This document shows, piece by piece, positions 1-20,100 of a stretch of 64,000 nt of DNA (position 1 is its first letter; every line of letters begins with the position of its first letter). Location: NCBI RefSeq assembly GCF_009914755.1, contig NC_060926.1, one strand, 5' to 3'. Both the position numbers and the translations under genes were made by a program. Origin of the DNA: the human T2T-CHM13v2.0 reference genome, Homo sapiens. The notes beneath the pieces are model-generated. The model did no database searches. It was not told the DNA's origin and was given only the letters and a program-made list of their open reading frames with translations.

Positions 1-395
1 ACGATTACGTGAATAAAATGATGGAACCAAAAATCACTGTCACTTTACAACTTAGGTTTTACTCTTTTCTTTCTACAGACCATATTTTTAAAGAAATGTT
101 TATACAATAATTTAAATATTTTTTAAAACCATAAAATAAATTTTTATAAGGAATACTGTTATATCTAAATTTAAACAGTATTTATTTTTTCAAAAACAGC
201 TACTTAAGTTAATGGTATAGATTTCTATAAAAGCAAGATTTTGTCAAAAACTAAATTTATGATTATTCAAGAAAGTGAAAAAAACAACCTACAGAATGGG
301 AAAACATATTTGCAAATCATCTAACTGATAAAGGTCTAGTATCCAAAATATTTAAATTTATGAGTGTTAATAAAATTTATCTTGTTCAATGAAGA
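1..395 (+). other. NPHP1: Probable distal 3'UTR and poly(A) region of NPHP1
   Basis: AT-rich with AATAAA at 12-17, 135-140 and 369-374. NPHP1 is known to end about 7 kb upstream of MALL on the same strand. No NPHP1 coding sequence is in the window, so the identity rests on synteny. Confidence 0.55.
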
Positions 396-659
396 GGAAG
401 TTAAAGTGATCCATTTGAGAAAGTTGTATCACTTAATTCAGTCTGATACTTGAATGTGATTTACCCCTAATTAAGTACAAAAACAGAGTCGCTTTTGCCT
501 TTTCAAATCAAGAAAATAAGTGCTCTGTCAAAAGCACAAAAAGAAACTTTCAGGCACTGGAGAGTGGAGTCGACTCACCCTTTCAGGCCTTGTTGCATCT
601 CAGATAAACCTGTGACTGCTGGTAAAATAATGTCCCAAGCCTTTCCTTTTAGTGATAAA

Positions 660-850
660 CAGTAGCAGCCTGCGTTAATTGAGCACCTACTGTGTGTCTG
701 AGCATTTCTCATTAGCCCAGTTAATCCTCACACCTACTGTAGGAGATAGGTACTGTTGTTTTTTATTACCGCCGAAGAAACAGGCCAGATAAGTGAAGTA
801 ATTTGCCTAAGGTCACAGCTAATAAGTGGCACAGCTAATATTCCCAGTAA
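660..850 (-). mobile_element. MIR-like SINE fragment
   Basis: 'ttaatcctcacacc...gtaggtactgttgtttttattacc...gaagaaacaggc..aagtgaagtaatttgcctaaggtcacagcta' resembles the MIR core. Confidence 0.6.
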
Positions 851-1140
851 AGATACCATGTATAATTTTCTACAACCTAAGATGTTCTGCCTTATCGGGG
901 CGAACCTTTTAGGATTCCATGTGAAAATAAAATATGAGGAAAAGTTTAACCTAAATAATTAGAATCCCATTAGAGGTACTTTTTTTTGATGGCATGCTGC
1001 CTTAAAAGAGCCATTTATTTTTAGAGATCTGTCATATTATGAAAGTTCTGGGCTATCTTAGCTAACTTATCCTAAACCCTTAACCTAAATTTAACTTGAG
1101 CCCCAGTCTCAGAAATTAACATGGTATGAAAGTGTTTCCA

Positions 1141-1440
<300 letters not shown>

Positions 1441-1851
1441 GAAAGTGTTCCCAGCCACAAATGTGACAAGTGAGAACTGGGCCTTGGAAAAGAGATTTCA
1501 TTCTCCAGGAACTCATTTCAGGAGATCTCTCCCTGTGCGTGCCCTTCTGCCCTCAACCACACAATACAAGGCTGAGTGTGGCAAACACCTTCCTTTTGCC
1601 CATCAGCTGCCTGGGCACACTTACAAAGTGGTGCCCCCACTTCTCTAGCACCGCGGCCCTCCCCAGCTCCTGCTCCCAGGGAGAGGGCTTTGCCTTTCAA
1701 ATGGAGGTGGTAAGTGTGCACAGAGACTTTTTGCTACTCTGTTACTGAGTTGCCTCCTCTTACTCTTAGTCCCCTGCAGTCCTGTTTTTGAAAGAACATG
1801 AGCCCATATCACTCCTCACTGTGAAAGTCATTTCTCTGTAGAAATGACTTT

Positions 1852-2020
1852 TAATTTCTAAGCTCCACCTTTTTATTTTTTATTTTTATTTATTTTTTGG
1901 GCATTTATTTATTTATTATTGATTTATAATTTCTAAGCTCCACCTTTTTATTTTTATTTATTTATTTTTGAGGCATTTATTATTTATTATTATTTATTTA
2001 TTTTTATTTATTTATTTATT
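1852..2020. repeat. ~75-bp tandem duplication plus (TTTA)n-type tail
   Basis: 'taatttctaagctccacctttttatttt...ggcatttat' begins at both 1852 and 1927. Confidence 0.85.
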
Positions 2021-2285
2021 TCTGTCACCTAGGCTGTAGTGCAGTGGTGCAGTCACAGTTCACTACAGCCTCAACTTCCGCGGGCTTAGGTGATCTCCTA
2101 CCTCAGCCTCCTGAGTAGCTGAGAGCACACACACGTGCCATCATGCTTGGCTAATTTTTGTGTTTTTTATTGTAGAAACAGGGTCTCACTATGTTGCCCA
2201 GGGTGGTCTCGAACTCTTGGACTCAAGCAATTCTCCTGCCTCAGTCTCCCAAAGTGCTAGGATTTCAGAGCCACCATGCTTGGCC
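2018..2285 (-). mobile_element. AluJ
   Basis: Reverse Alu with J-type 'actacagcctcaacttcc..gggctta' and 'actcaagcaattctcc'. Confidence 0.9.
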
Positions 2286-3978
2286 ATCTTTTTATTTATT
2301 TTTTTTAAGCATTTGGCTTATTCTTAGCGTTAAGCCAGGGGTGGGGCATTTTGAGTGAAAGAAAATGCTAGTGAATTTCTTTCAGTGCATGTACAACATG
2401 AAGGAAGAGAAGGCTTTTTATTAGAATGCATTTTCCAAGACTGTCTTCCACGTTCATTTGAGAATGTGTCATGAGCTGACAAATATGGACAACTTCATAG
2501 TTTCTGACACATTAGGAAATCATAGGGACACCAGAGAAAAAGCTTAAGTGAAGCTTAGGCCAGAAAGTGAGGTACATAACGGAAGGGAGAGACCCAGGGG
2601 TGTGGGCATTTCTGCTATTAAGAGACTCCACCTTCTCTTCAATCAGTGGAATCTTTTTTTTTTTTTCAAACAACAAAATCTCTGTGACTTTAAATGCCAC
2701 TTACTGGCTTCCACAACGGAAAAGGTTGTCAAGGAGCCAAAAACATCCTGGAAATGAGTCCTCGTGGGTCTGTCTCAAGGAGTGTGACTTTAGCAACTCA
2801 CTGAATTAATTGTAAGAGTCATGGTGGTGGGGGGCGGGCAGCAGCAGGGTGAACAGCAGGTCTTTGCCGAGTGACCACACGTGTGGTGCCTACCTCCAAG
2901 GCCAGGGGGACTCACCACACCCGAACCATGGGAGGGCGGCCAGGGCGGGGAGTCTGAACTGTGAACTACATGGCTCACTCCTCCCCACCCTCCCAACCTC
3001 TTAATTGGTTGAGTGTCATATCCATCAGGTCTGCAGAGGTGAAAAATGTTGCAACTCGCTTGCCTGGGTGCTTGGAATGAAAGTCTAGGGGCAGAGGCAG
3101 ATATTAAAGAGCAGGTATAGTCTCTGTCTTCAGTGTTTGTGATCTAATGCGCAAGGCCAGAGCAACTCACATAAAACCAGTTGACATACATAACCCTGTG
3201 TACAAATGGAGCAAGTTTGACTTGCCAACCCAGTAGCAGTTGGGAAACTATCAGTTTAACAGAGGAAGCCAGCAGTGTCCTCTGCCAGTTGAGGGCTTTG
3301 TCAATTTACAGCATTATAGGATATCCTTTGCTGTGAACTGCCTCAGCTTCCTCTTGCGTGAAGCATTCTAAGTTGGGAGGCTTTCTTGGGGTGTGGAGGT
3401 GATCAAAGACAGCTGTCACCTAGCTGCTGTGATCTGTTTCCTCAAAACAAAGAGGCAGAGAAAGAACCTTACTTAGGGCACTTTGCATCTAAGTGTTACA
3501 ATTATCCATTCATCATTTACTCAACAAGTGTTGAGCACCTGCCATGTTCCAGGCACAGCACTGAGCTTTGAAGATACAGTGAGAACAGTCCTGGCAAGAT
3601 CTCTGTCCTTACAATGCATGAGGTGGACAGTAATCAGCCAAACACAAAAACTAATTCCAACAGTACTATGGTTGGGGCTGTTAGTGGCCCCGTGGCAGGC
3701 ATGAAGTCAATGGTAAGTGTACAGGCATTCCTTCCTATCCTCACTCTCCCTCTCCCAACCCCACTGTCTGTTGTTGGGGACCAGTTAGATTCAAATACCT
3801 TTTCAAATGAATCCCTCACTATTTGAACTCCCACATTTACTCTCTGAAACTCAAGGACACGTGGATTTGGTAATACTGTATCCCTCAAAACTCAAACTTG
3901 CTCTCTGAATTCTGATATTTGAATGCAGTAACCAAGTCAATTTGGATAAAGAGGGATGGGTATAAAGATAAGTGAATG

Positions 3979-4243
3979 GGCCAGGCACAGTTGCTCACAC
4001 CTTTGGGAGGCCAAGGCAGGCAGGGTGCTTGAGCCCTGGCATGCGAGACTAGCCTAGGCAACATGATGAGACCCCATCTATACAAAAATTAGCCGGGTAT
4101 GGTGGTGCAGGTCTGTAGTTCCAGCTACTCAGGAGGCTGAGTTGGAGGATTACTTGAGCCCAGGAGGTTAAGCCTGCAGTGAGCTGTGATCATGCCACTG
4201 CACTCCAGCCTGGGCAACAGGGAAACCTTGTCTCAGAAAAATA
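3979..4243 (+). mobile_element. AluJ, internally deleted
   Basis: Alu motifs 'cttgagccc' and 'gcagtgagctgtgatcatgccactgcactccagcc'. Flanking TSD taagtgaatgg. Confidence 0.85.
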
Positions 4244-6079
4244 GTAAGTGAATGGCAAGTGAAAGTCTATAGGTTATACTGTCTCATAGGCAGGAAAATG
4301 GAGGTCGAGGATGTTCTGCTCAGTGATGACTGATACTGAATGAGGCGTGCAGGTCTGTGTGCAGCAATATAAAACAGAACTCATTAATGGAATACAGCTC
4401 ACATTTGGGACTTTGATAGTGTGCCTGTCATTTAGCCCTTTTCTGATACTCTGTAAGACAGACTGGACCTTAACCTGCTCATTTGTATCTGACTTTGCCA
4501 GCAAAGATTAACTTTGCAGAACTGTGTCCTTTCGAAGAGGCCATTTTGGGGAATAAAAAGGTCTCCATGCTTTCTGAGCTCTTCTCCAGGTAGGAATCTC
4601 TGGATGACCCAGACATTATCCCATTGAGTCCTTCCTCTTTCCGGGCAACTGTTCTGTACTTGCCCAACTCCAGAGACACAAGAAGCCAGACTCAATTCTG
4701 CCTCATGGCTACGAACATTAATCACAGCATCTTCCTGAGTCTATCAGTGTGTGCATTCTATCTACCCCATTTGAGAGTTAAAGAGACCTTGATTTGTAGA
4801 AATAATAGTTGCAATCTAGTTGTGTCTAGCAGGCGAGAGCCAGTGGGACATGTGTGTTCTTGCAGCAGAAAAGGGGAGAGCTCTGCTCCTATTTCTACAG
4901 TGGGAGGCTACTATAGTGGACATCTGGTGTTTCTGCTGCTCAGCCTCCATATACTTCTCTCTTGGTAACGTCACCTCCACCTTGAGTGGCATTGTTCAAG
5001 TCACTGGATGAAGTCTCACCCGAAGCCATTATTACCTCTTAGCTTCTCACTTCCTAAAGTAATACGTTCCTTTCATCACTAAAGCCATTTGGAATGGGTT
5101 TTTCTAACTTTTGTTATTGAAAGAATCCCAATGGATACAACTGTCTATTCTTTCCCCCCAAGTATCTCTGGATTTCTTCTGGCTTCTCTCTTCTTTTTCA
5201 TGCAACTAGTAAATTGTTTCTGAAATATAGATAAAGCAATTTCTTAGTGGGAAAAGAGTTTAATAAATAGGAATCAAAAAAAGAGAGAAGCAGTTGTCTC
5301 CAAAGTCTTTATGACTGTTTTCATGACTGTTTCAATCATTTAAAAACATTTATTGAGTACCTTTTGTGTATCAGACAGTATTCAAGATGGTGGACATGGC
5401 TGTGGTTCACCACATGAACAAAGTTTTGGCTCTCCTTAAGCCCACATCCTAGAGAGGGACAGGGGCAGGGAGACAAACAATAGGCAAATTAATCAATCAG
5501 GGAAATCTTGGGTAGTGAAAAGTGCTTGCAGAGTTAAGCAGGATGTTGCTATTTGGGCTCTGGTCAAGTAGAGAAGGATACTCCTCCTCTTCCTTTCATG
5601 AAATGCAATTAACAGCCCTGGACAGAATGCATGGAGAAGCTAACTGAGGATTCTAGAAAAAAAAAAAAAGGAGCAGGAATATTTGGGAAGGAAACCAGAA
5701 TTCAAAACACTACTAAGCTGTTGGTGAGTTTCCCATTTTCTTTCCTCTGGTACCTGTCAGCCAGCGTCAGAGACCACCTGAAACCCAGAACTGTACACAG
5801 GATGCAGACAAAGACATCTCCAAAAGAATCCATGTTTCTGGTCTGAGGAATGGGAAAGAGAGCCCCAAACAGTCAGAGAGAGTGTAGAAAATCTCTGTTT
5901 TTTGTTTGTTTGTTTGTTTATTCTTTCCTTCCTTAGCCCCTGTGCAATCTCGTGACAGTGGTGGTGGCAATGGAAGTAGCAGCCAGGCAGGTACCTGGAA
6001 CTCTGAGAAAGGGGAACCTTTGTCTCTGATCAGAGGAACCATGATCCTAAAAGCATGGGGGGAATAATTTTCACATTTG

Positions 6080-6083
<4 letters not shown>

Positions 6084-6150
<67 letters not shown>
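6084..6150. repeat. Compound (TC)n(CA)n microsatellite
   Basis: Directly visible. Confidence 0.98.
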
Positions 6151-6151
<1 letters not shown>

Positions 6152-7894
6152 TGCTTTGGTCCTGAAGATAGACCCAGTCAGAAGAGATGCACAGCAGAGA
6201 AGGAAAATGAAAACCCTGGTCTTTAGCCAGAAGACCAAGGCATATCTTCATTTCTTAATATACTAATTGCTTCAGAAGGTGGAAATGGCTCAGGGCCTCT
6301 CAGCTTAAGAGACTAAGGGGTTATGGGTTGTATTATTTTCTCCATTTCATAGATATGAGCCTAAGAAGGTTGTTTTTCTTCTTACTTAAACTTTTCCTAC
6401 TATGCCATGTTGTCCATGGGCAAGTCAAAGGTATCCTACAGCCTGTAAGAGTGGCACAGTGCTTATTTGCAACCTTTAAGAGAGGTGGCAAGATGTGGGA
6501 TTCATGGAGAAATCTCTCCTTTGCTTGGATTAATCCTGTAAACAAGGTGGTGTAGGTGAGACTGGGGTTGGCAGGTGGGATTAGGGTCTCCCTTACTTCC
6601 TAGTTTCCGTAGCCTGGGAAAAAGGGATGATCAGTCTGGTTTGAGATCCACTGGGGGGTTCATTGCCTTTCTTTGCAATGCCTTTGGTCTTAGCTTCATT
6701 TGTCCAAACTCCTCTCTCCCTTGGCTCTCCCCAGACCAGGCAAAGGCCAAGCTGGCTGGTCTCCCCACCTGTGGCCCTGAGGGCAGGACCTGGCATTCAC
6801 CGTTTCTGCTAATGAGATCAAGACATGGCCTCTTCTAATTACTCCAGCCCTCACACAATCTTCCCCACATGCTCTCCACACCAGGGAGCAGCAGGGGGCA
6901 GGAAGAAGGGACCCTAACCTGGAGCATCCTGAGCAGACTGTTTCAGGGCGGGTCGGGAAAATGAAGGTTCGCCAATTCAAAGGTGGAGGGGAAAATGGTT
7001 CAGCCTTTGGGACTTGTATTTGGTGTGAAAGGAGTTGCTTGCCTCTGGGTCACAGCCCTGCATTCAGCTCCCTGACTTGCCTAGGAGTCAGGAAGAAACT
7101 TCTTGGTCTCAAGCCCAGTTAGGGGCAAGGCACTGGCTGGAAGGAAGGCCAGGGAAGGAAGGAGGTTGTCCACTAGAGGCAGCAGCCAGCCAGCCCAGCC
7201 CTTCTCTGGTGCCTGCTGGTGTGGTCCTCTCCCAGAGACTGGGGGGCCTTCATCTGCCCCATGAGGAAAAGAGGAGTGGAGGACCATGGAAAGGGATCCA
7301 GAAAAAGAAGGAAACACCAAGTCCCAGGGGCATGAGCTGGAAGGGAGGGCTGCTCCTCCCAGGGGAGGCTGGGGACTGAGAGCTGTCCCCAAGAGTGGAA
7401 AAGGAGGGAGCTGGGCAAGACCCAGCATTGTTAGTAACCAGCTCTGTGGTCTTGACTTGACCTCACTGATTCTCAGTCTCCTCACTTGGAAAAGGGCAAA
7501 ACAGCCACGTGCAGGCCGTGGTGGGCACCCGGGCTGTCTGCAGATAGCTTGGCTCATTGTTGGTCCTCAGTACGCAGCCCTCGTAGCCAAGCAGCTTGGG
7601 CCTACACTCTGGGCCCAGGGGAGTGGCTGTCGCTGGCATCCCCTGGAATAACATGCTCCGGGGGTCAAAGATTCCTTAGCTGGAAAGGTCTAGGAGGAGA
7701 CTCCCGCTCTGCTCCCTCCTGCACCAGCGCTGTGCCCCCCGCCGGCCAGGCAGAGCCATCCGATGCCGCTGGGCCGCCCACTGAGGATCTGCTGGCTGCA
7801 GCGAGTGGAAGGACCTGCTCGGCTGGAACGTTTTTTTTTTTTTTCCCTCCCAGGCGACGTCCGATGGGTGTGTCGGGCAGGAGGTGATATTTGA

Positions 7895-8404
<510 letters not shown>

Positions 8405-10108
8405 TGAGTGTGGAGGCCTGGGGGGACGTCGCTAAAATATCCAGGCTTCCCAGGGAGATGTTGCACATGAATTTTAATTACGCGGCTTCTTTTGTCCAAC
8501 TATTTGTGCCTTTCTGGTTTGAAGTGAGGAGACTGTGTTTCCCTCTGAGAGTAGGTCTTCCAGTGTTTTCTTAATTGTCACGTCCGCTGACTTTGAACTT
8601 TGACTTTTGTGGGGTCTCCCACACCAGGTAGCTATGGCAACATCTGCCATAAAACAGTCGTGTGCGGCACCCTGGTTGCAAATGAGAACCTGTCGCTGTG
8701 TTACTCTCTGGGGCGCCCTACGACTGAGTCGTGGCCCTGATCCCTGGGGATCCTGCCTGCTCCCATCTGCAGAGCTGTGCGTATGCAGCGTTCCGCACTG
8801 CACAAGTTCCCTCGGAACTGGCTGGTACCACATCCTCTTCACGGAGGAGCACAGTCAAGCCTGGGGTCCAATCAAGGCAAAGGAGTGTTTTCTTTTTCCA
8901 GCACCTTCTGAAGTATCTAGCTTGTGGGTGGTATTTTCTTACCTGCCCTGAATTTGGCAGTGCTGTCCCTGAGCAGGGGGGAAAAGATAGAAAGTGCATC
9001 TACTTTTCAGCCCTTCTCATTCTCGTCTTCTGCTTGCAAAGTTGGGCCCCCTCAAGCCACTTTTAGGCAAACTGGCGAACGGGTTAGCCATTGATGGCGA
9101 CCAGAAAGAGAATCAGGCAGGGTGGGCCTAGGATCTGAGTGGCTCCAGCTGAAACCCCACCTAAGAGGCAGGTTTCTGCCAAGGCTACCATCCCCAGCAC
9201 AGCGTGGGCATCCTGCCAGACTGATGACATAACCGTGCTCTGATGAGTCCTACGTGCCAGGCCCTGGGTGTGCCCCTCACCTTGGAGCAGCTGCATGGGT
9301 GGCTGGGGTACTGGTTGACTCTGCCTCTTTTTATTGAGCCTGTGGTTCATGTCAGTCCTGCAAGCCCCTGGTGACAGGGCACTGCCTCCTGGTGGTTTCC
9401 TGTCTGCCGGGAAGAGACTCATGAGCATTTCCTCCCAACAAGTGGATGGTGGCCTCAGCAAGGAGGGACCATCTGAACTCTCCAGGCCAAGGAGGGGTCC
9501 AGGCCTGCCACCAAGAGTTGGACCTCAAAGAACAGGCATTTACAGGCTGGGGGGAAAGAGAGGGAAAGGCCTAGAGGCCAGGGGAGAAGTCCTGGAAGGA
9601 GGCTAGAGGCACGGAGTTTCTGGAACCAGGACAGCACCCAGGGTGAGAAACATGAGAGGTCATGTTGGCCGCACCTGCCCTGCTCCTGCCAGTGAAACTC
9701 CTGGAAGAGCAAAGTGCACGCTGGTGTTGGGCTCTGGGGCCTTACGTGTTGTGGGGGGTGAGGGGCTCAATGACAATCAAAATTCACATTGGCCCAATTT
9801 TCTTCATTTATTTGTACTGTTAAGTAACGTGAGATTTACAGTAAAGCTGCAATAATAGTAGAGAAAGTTCTGTGTACTCTTCCCTCAGCTGCTGGTAATG
9901 CCTGCATCTTCCGTGGTACAACTCTTGAAATCAGGAAACTAACACTGATACTGTGCTATCAAGTACTCTATAAACCTTACTCCAGTTTTGCTAATTTTCT
10001 CACTAATGTCCTTTTTCTGGTCCAGGATCCCACATGGCACTTAGTTGCCGTATCTCCTTCATCTCCTTTAATTTGGGAAAATCTGGGTCCTTATCTTGAC
10101 ACTTCTGA

Positions 10109-16469
<6,361 letters not shown>

Positions 16470-16470
<1 letters not shown>

Positions 16471-17140
16471 CCCCCGGTGGCTGCATCTTTCCTAACAGTA
16501 GTACAGTATCAGAGCCCAGAAGCTGCCCTTGGTACTTGGGGGCTCCACTTTTCTCACATGTGTAGATTCAGGGAATCACCACTGCATCAAGGCACAGGAC
16601 TGCCACTCACCACAAAGAGCTCCCTCGTGCTACCCTTTCAGGGTGCACCCCCTACCCTGCCCTCCCTCACCCCCTCCTGAACAAACCCCTGAAAACCACA
16701 AATTTCATTCCTACAATTTTGTTATTTCCAGAAAGTTATATAAATACATGAAATCACACAGTATATGGGTCTTTGAGGTTGGCTTCTTCCACTCAGCCTA
16801 ATGCTCTTGAGCACCATCCAAGCTGTGGCCTATGTCAATAGCTCCTTCCTTCTTACTGCTAAGTAGCGTTCCGTGGTCTGGCTTTGCCGTCATTTGTTTA
16901 ACCATCCACCTATTGAGAAACAGTTTGCCTGTTTCCAGTTCTTGGCCGTTCCAAATAAAGCTGCTGTGAAAACTTGTGTGCAGGCTTTTGTGTGGGGGTA
17001 ATGCTCAGTTCTCCAGGGAAAATGCCCCCGTATGATTGCTGGGTGGTGTAGTAAGTGTACGCTTTATTAAGAAACTGACAAACTATTTTCCAGAGTGGCT
17101 GGAGAATAACTTCTGTGTTTTACATCCCCACTAGTGATTG
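16470..17140 (-). mobile_element. Old L1M (MD/ME-like) 3' fragment
   Basis: 'ttggcttcttccactcagc...catccaagctgtggcctatgtcaatag...tttccagttcttggc..aataaagctgctgtgaa' is typical L1M 3'-region sequence. Confidence 0.65.
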
Positions 17141-20100
17141 ATGAAACTTTATCAGTAAAGTTCATGTTTTATGTAGTTTACTGGTGAATTTAGATTTCTT
17201 ATTTAAAGACAATATTAATTTTGAAACATAATCTCCAAGTGCAAAAAAGGTTTGAATGGGTGAATTTTAAGATGAGAACAGACATCCATTTATTTTCTCT
17301 CTCCTTCATGTAGCAAGTGTGTGTGCCTTGGGGGAGCCTGGGGTGGGTGCGGCTCACACCCGTGCCCTGCTCTGGAGCCAGCTGTCTGCGGGTGCTGGGG
17401 GCTGACTATGCCATTACCTGTATGATACGAGGTGACTCATCAGCTTTTTTATAAGCTGAATTTTATAAGCCGAAGGGTGGAAGCTGCAAGCTCACCCAGG
17501 GTGACTGTGAACAAGGAAATGCTTTATGACTATGACTCCAATAAATTATTTTAACTGTCAACCTTGTCACTAGTTGACTTATGAGATTTTTGACTAGTTT
17601 AAAACAAACAGCTAAGATTTCTAGAGGTTCAGAAAGTTAAAAGCGGAGACCATGCAAACTCTTTGTTTGATGTTAGATGTTTTCCTTTCAGCTGCTTAAC
17701 TCACCAGCACATTAGTCAGAGATAAATCCTCTGAGCCCTTAGAAGTTCATCCTGAGCTCTTCCAGTTCGGCAAGTTCATTGTATGTCTTACCCAAATGGC
17801 CAGTACCACCTTCATTCCAACCTGCTGCTGCTTCTACTCTGTTTATATGGAAGAGCCTGTCTGAAGCTCACTGAAGCCAGGGGCTTCCCGGGAGCCCCCT
17901 AGGGCCAACTCTCTGTGGACTGAAAGTGAATGGGTGGGGCTGGGAGAAGAAATTAGGGCTTCTCTTAGGCCTGACCTTAAGGCAGGCATCTTCCCCTTCC
18001 TTCCAACTGTGCCTTAGAAGTTGAGTTTTCCAGGAGGAGAAATCATCTCCCTTGCTTTCCTCTGCTCCCCTGTCAGTTCTCCATACTTCCAGGAGCAGCA
18101 AAGTTAACTCAATTTACCCCAGTTTATTTTATAATTTTCTTTTCATGCTTCAGCCTTTCTGTCTCTGTCCCTCCCTTCACTCCCCTCACTGCCATGTGGC
18201 GTCTTCCTGTCCTTGGTCTAGCTCCCACAGGGCAGCACCCTTCTCTTCTGTTCTCCTGCGGGACATGGGAGCCACCAACCTCTGTGCCCGTGGGACCATG
18301 GGGTCCCGTTGGAATAATGGCCAAGGATGTCCCCTGGAAAACAAGGACGGGAGAACATGAGGAAAGGGAAGGCCTTGGGCTGGGGAAGAGCAAGACCTCC
18401 CAGGAGAGAAGATGAAAAGGGCCATGGGACAGGAGTTGGATGTGAACCTCCCCACACTGCCTGTGGCCACCTTGGCCCCTTGGCCAGGCCCAGCCCCTAC
18501 TCTGGGAGGGCACTGTGTATTCAGGTTCAGTAAAATAGAGTCAGTCAGGATGGGGCCTAAAGTCTGGCTCTGCTTCTTCATTGCTGTGAGACCCTGGGCA
18601 GGTTACTTCATCACTCTCAGCCGCAGTTTCATCAACAATGGAAAGAGTAACAATAAAGAGAAACAAGGATCCTATAAGACAGCTGTGGGGTTTGAATGTG
18701 GACTTCATAGGAAATGTCAGGACATGGTGAGTGAGTGCTCCATAATGCCAGCCCATACTACTTTAGCATTGGCGGTCATTGGACCTCTTACTAGAAAGCG
18801 CATTGTAAGACAAGTAACAATTGTAAGTCAACAAGTGTTTATTGAAACACTACTGCCACTCTAGCCCCATGCTCTGCTCTTAGGGGCATACAAAAATAAG
18901 ACAGTCATTGAGGGGATAAGGTAAGGCATGAGCCTCTCTTAAAGGAGTGGTGCAACTAACACACTGAAGATGCAACGAGCACTCCAGGACAGGAGACAGG
19001 TGAAAAGCAGGGGCTGCACAGCCACAGCTGCCCAGAGGCCCTGGGAGCCAGGTGGTGTCAGGACAAGATGATTCAAGGAGGAGCTTGACATTCTTGGAGG
19101 GCTTGGATTGATGGGTGACGCATTTTCTTGTTCAGATTAGGACTGCCTAGGACCAGGAAGTTAACAAATATATAAAGTCAGGGTACATAAAGACTTAAGT
19201 CTCCCACTTAAATTCCAAGTATTCATTCAAGCTGAGCACCTACTCTCTCTCTGCCAAGCACTGGCGATACAAAATAAACAAGACAGACATGGCCCCTGCC
19301 TATGGAGCCTGATGCGTAATGAGGGCGGTGGAGAACAGCCAAGGAAATCTGTAAAGGCGCTGTGCCTGTCACGGTCCAGTAGGAAACAGAAACCATGATA
19401 GGTGCTTCACACAGAGGGGATTCAATACAAGGACTTGTTGACACAGTCGTTGGAAGGCTCGATGAACAGAAAGGGGTCACTGAACAATCCAGAGAATAAT
19501 AAGTGCTCACAGTGCCTGCTGCCCAACCCCAGAATCAGGGACAGAGGGGCAGCGATGCTGATGCTCAAACCTATAGATGAAGCTGTCTCTGTCTTGCCAG
19601 TGCTCAGACCAGTGTGGGGGTGCTGGGAGACAGTGGTCACCCTAAAGAAAGGGCACTGGGACCCTCATCTCCAGCTGCTGCTGCTGATTCTGGAGAGACA
19701 ATGGCAAGGCCTGGAAAAGGCAGCAGGAAGCCCCCACTTCTCTCCTAACATCCCAGCCTCCCTCCAAGTCCTCCCCTGCCAGAACCTAGCAAGGAATCAG
19801 CCACCGAGGGAGCCCACACCACACAGCAGAGAGATGCTGGGAACCACCTGGCCTGGCCCCGCATCCCTGGCCACTCCGGCCCCTGTCTGAACTTCCAGCC
19901 CTGGTCTTTCCCTGGCCGTCCAGCAGGACCATGAGCAGCCGTCCCTGAACCAGTGGTCTCTTTCAACTTGGCCAAGACAGGCAACCAAGCACACTGTCAG
20001 AAGGCCAGCCCACCCGGAGGGGTCCACAGACTTGACGGCTGCTCTGAAGGAGCCACCGGCTGCTGGCATGGAGTCTAACAGAGAGGCCCCGGGCAGTCTG

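Noticed and set aside
6888-7184. CTCF-like motifs (gcagcagggggcag; ccactagaggcagc)
   Set aside because: Imperfect matches in GC-rich DNA; they cannot be supported without ChIP data.
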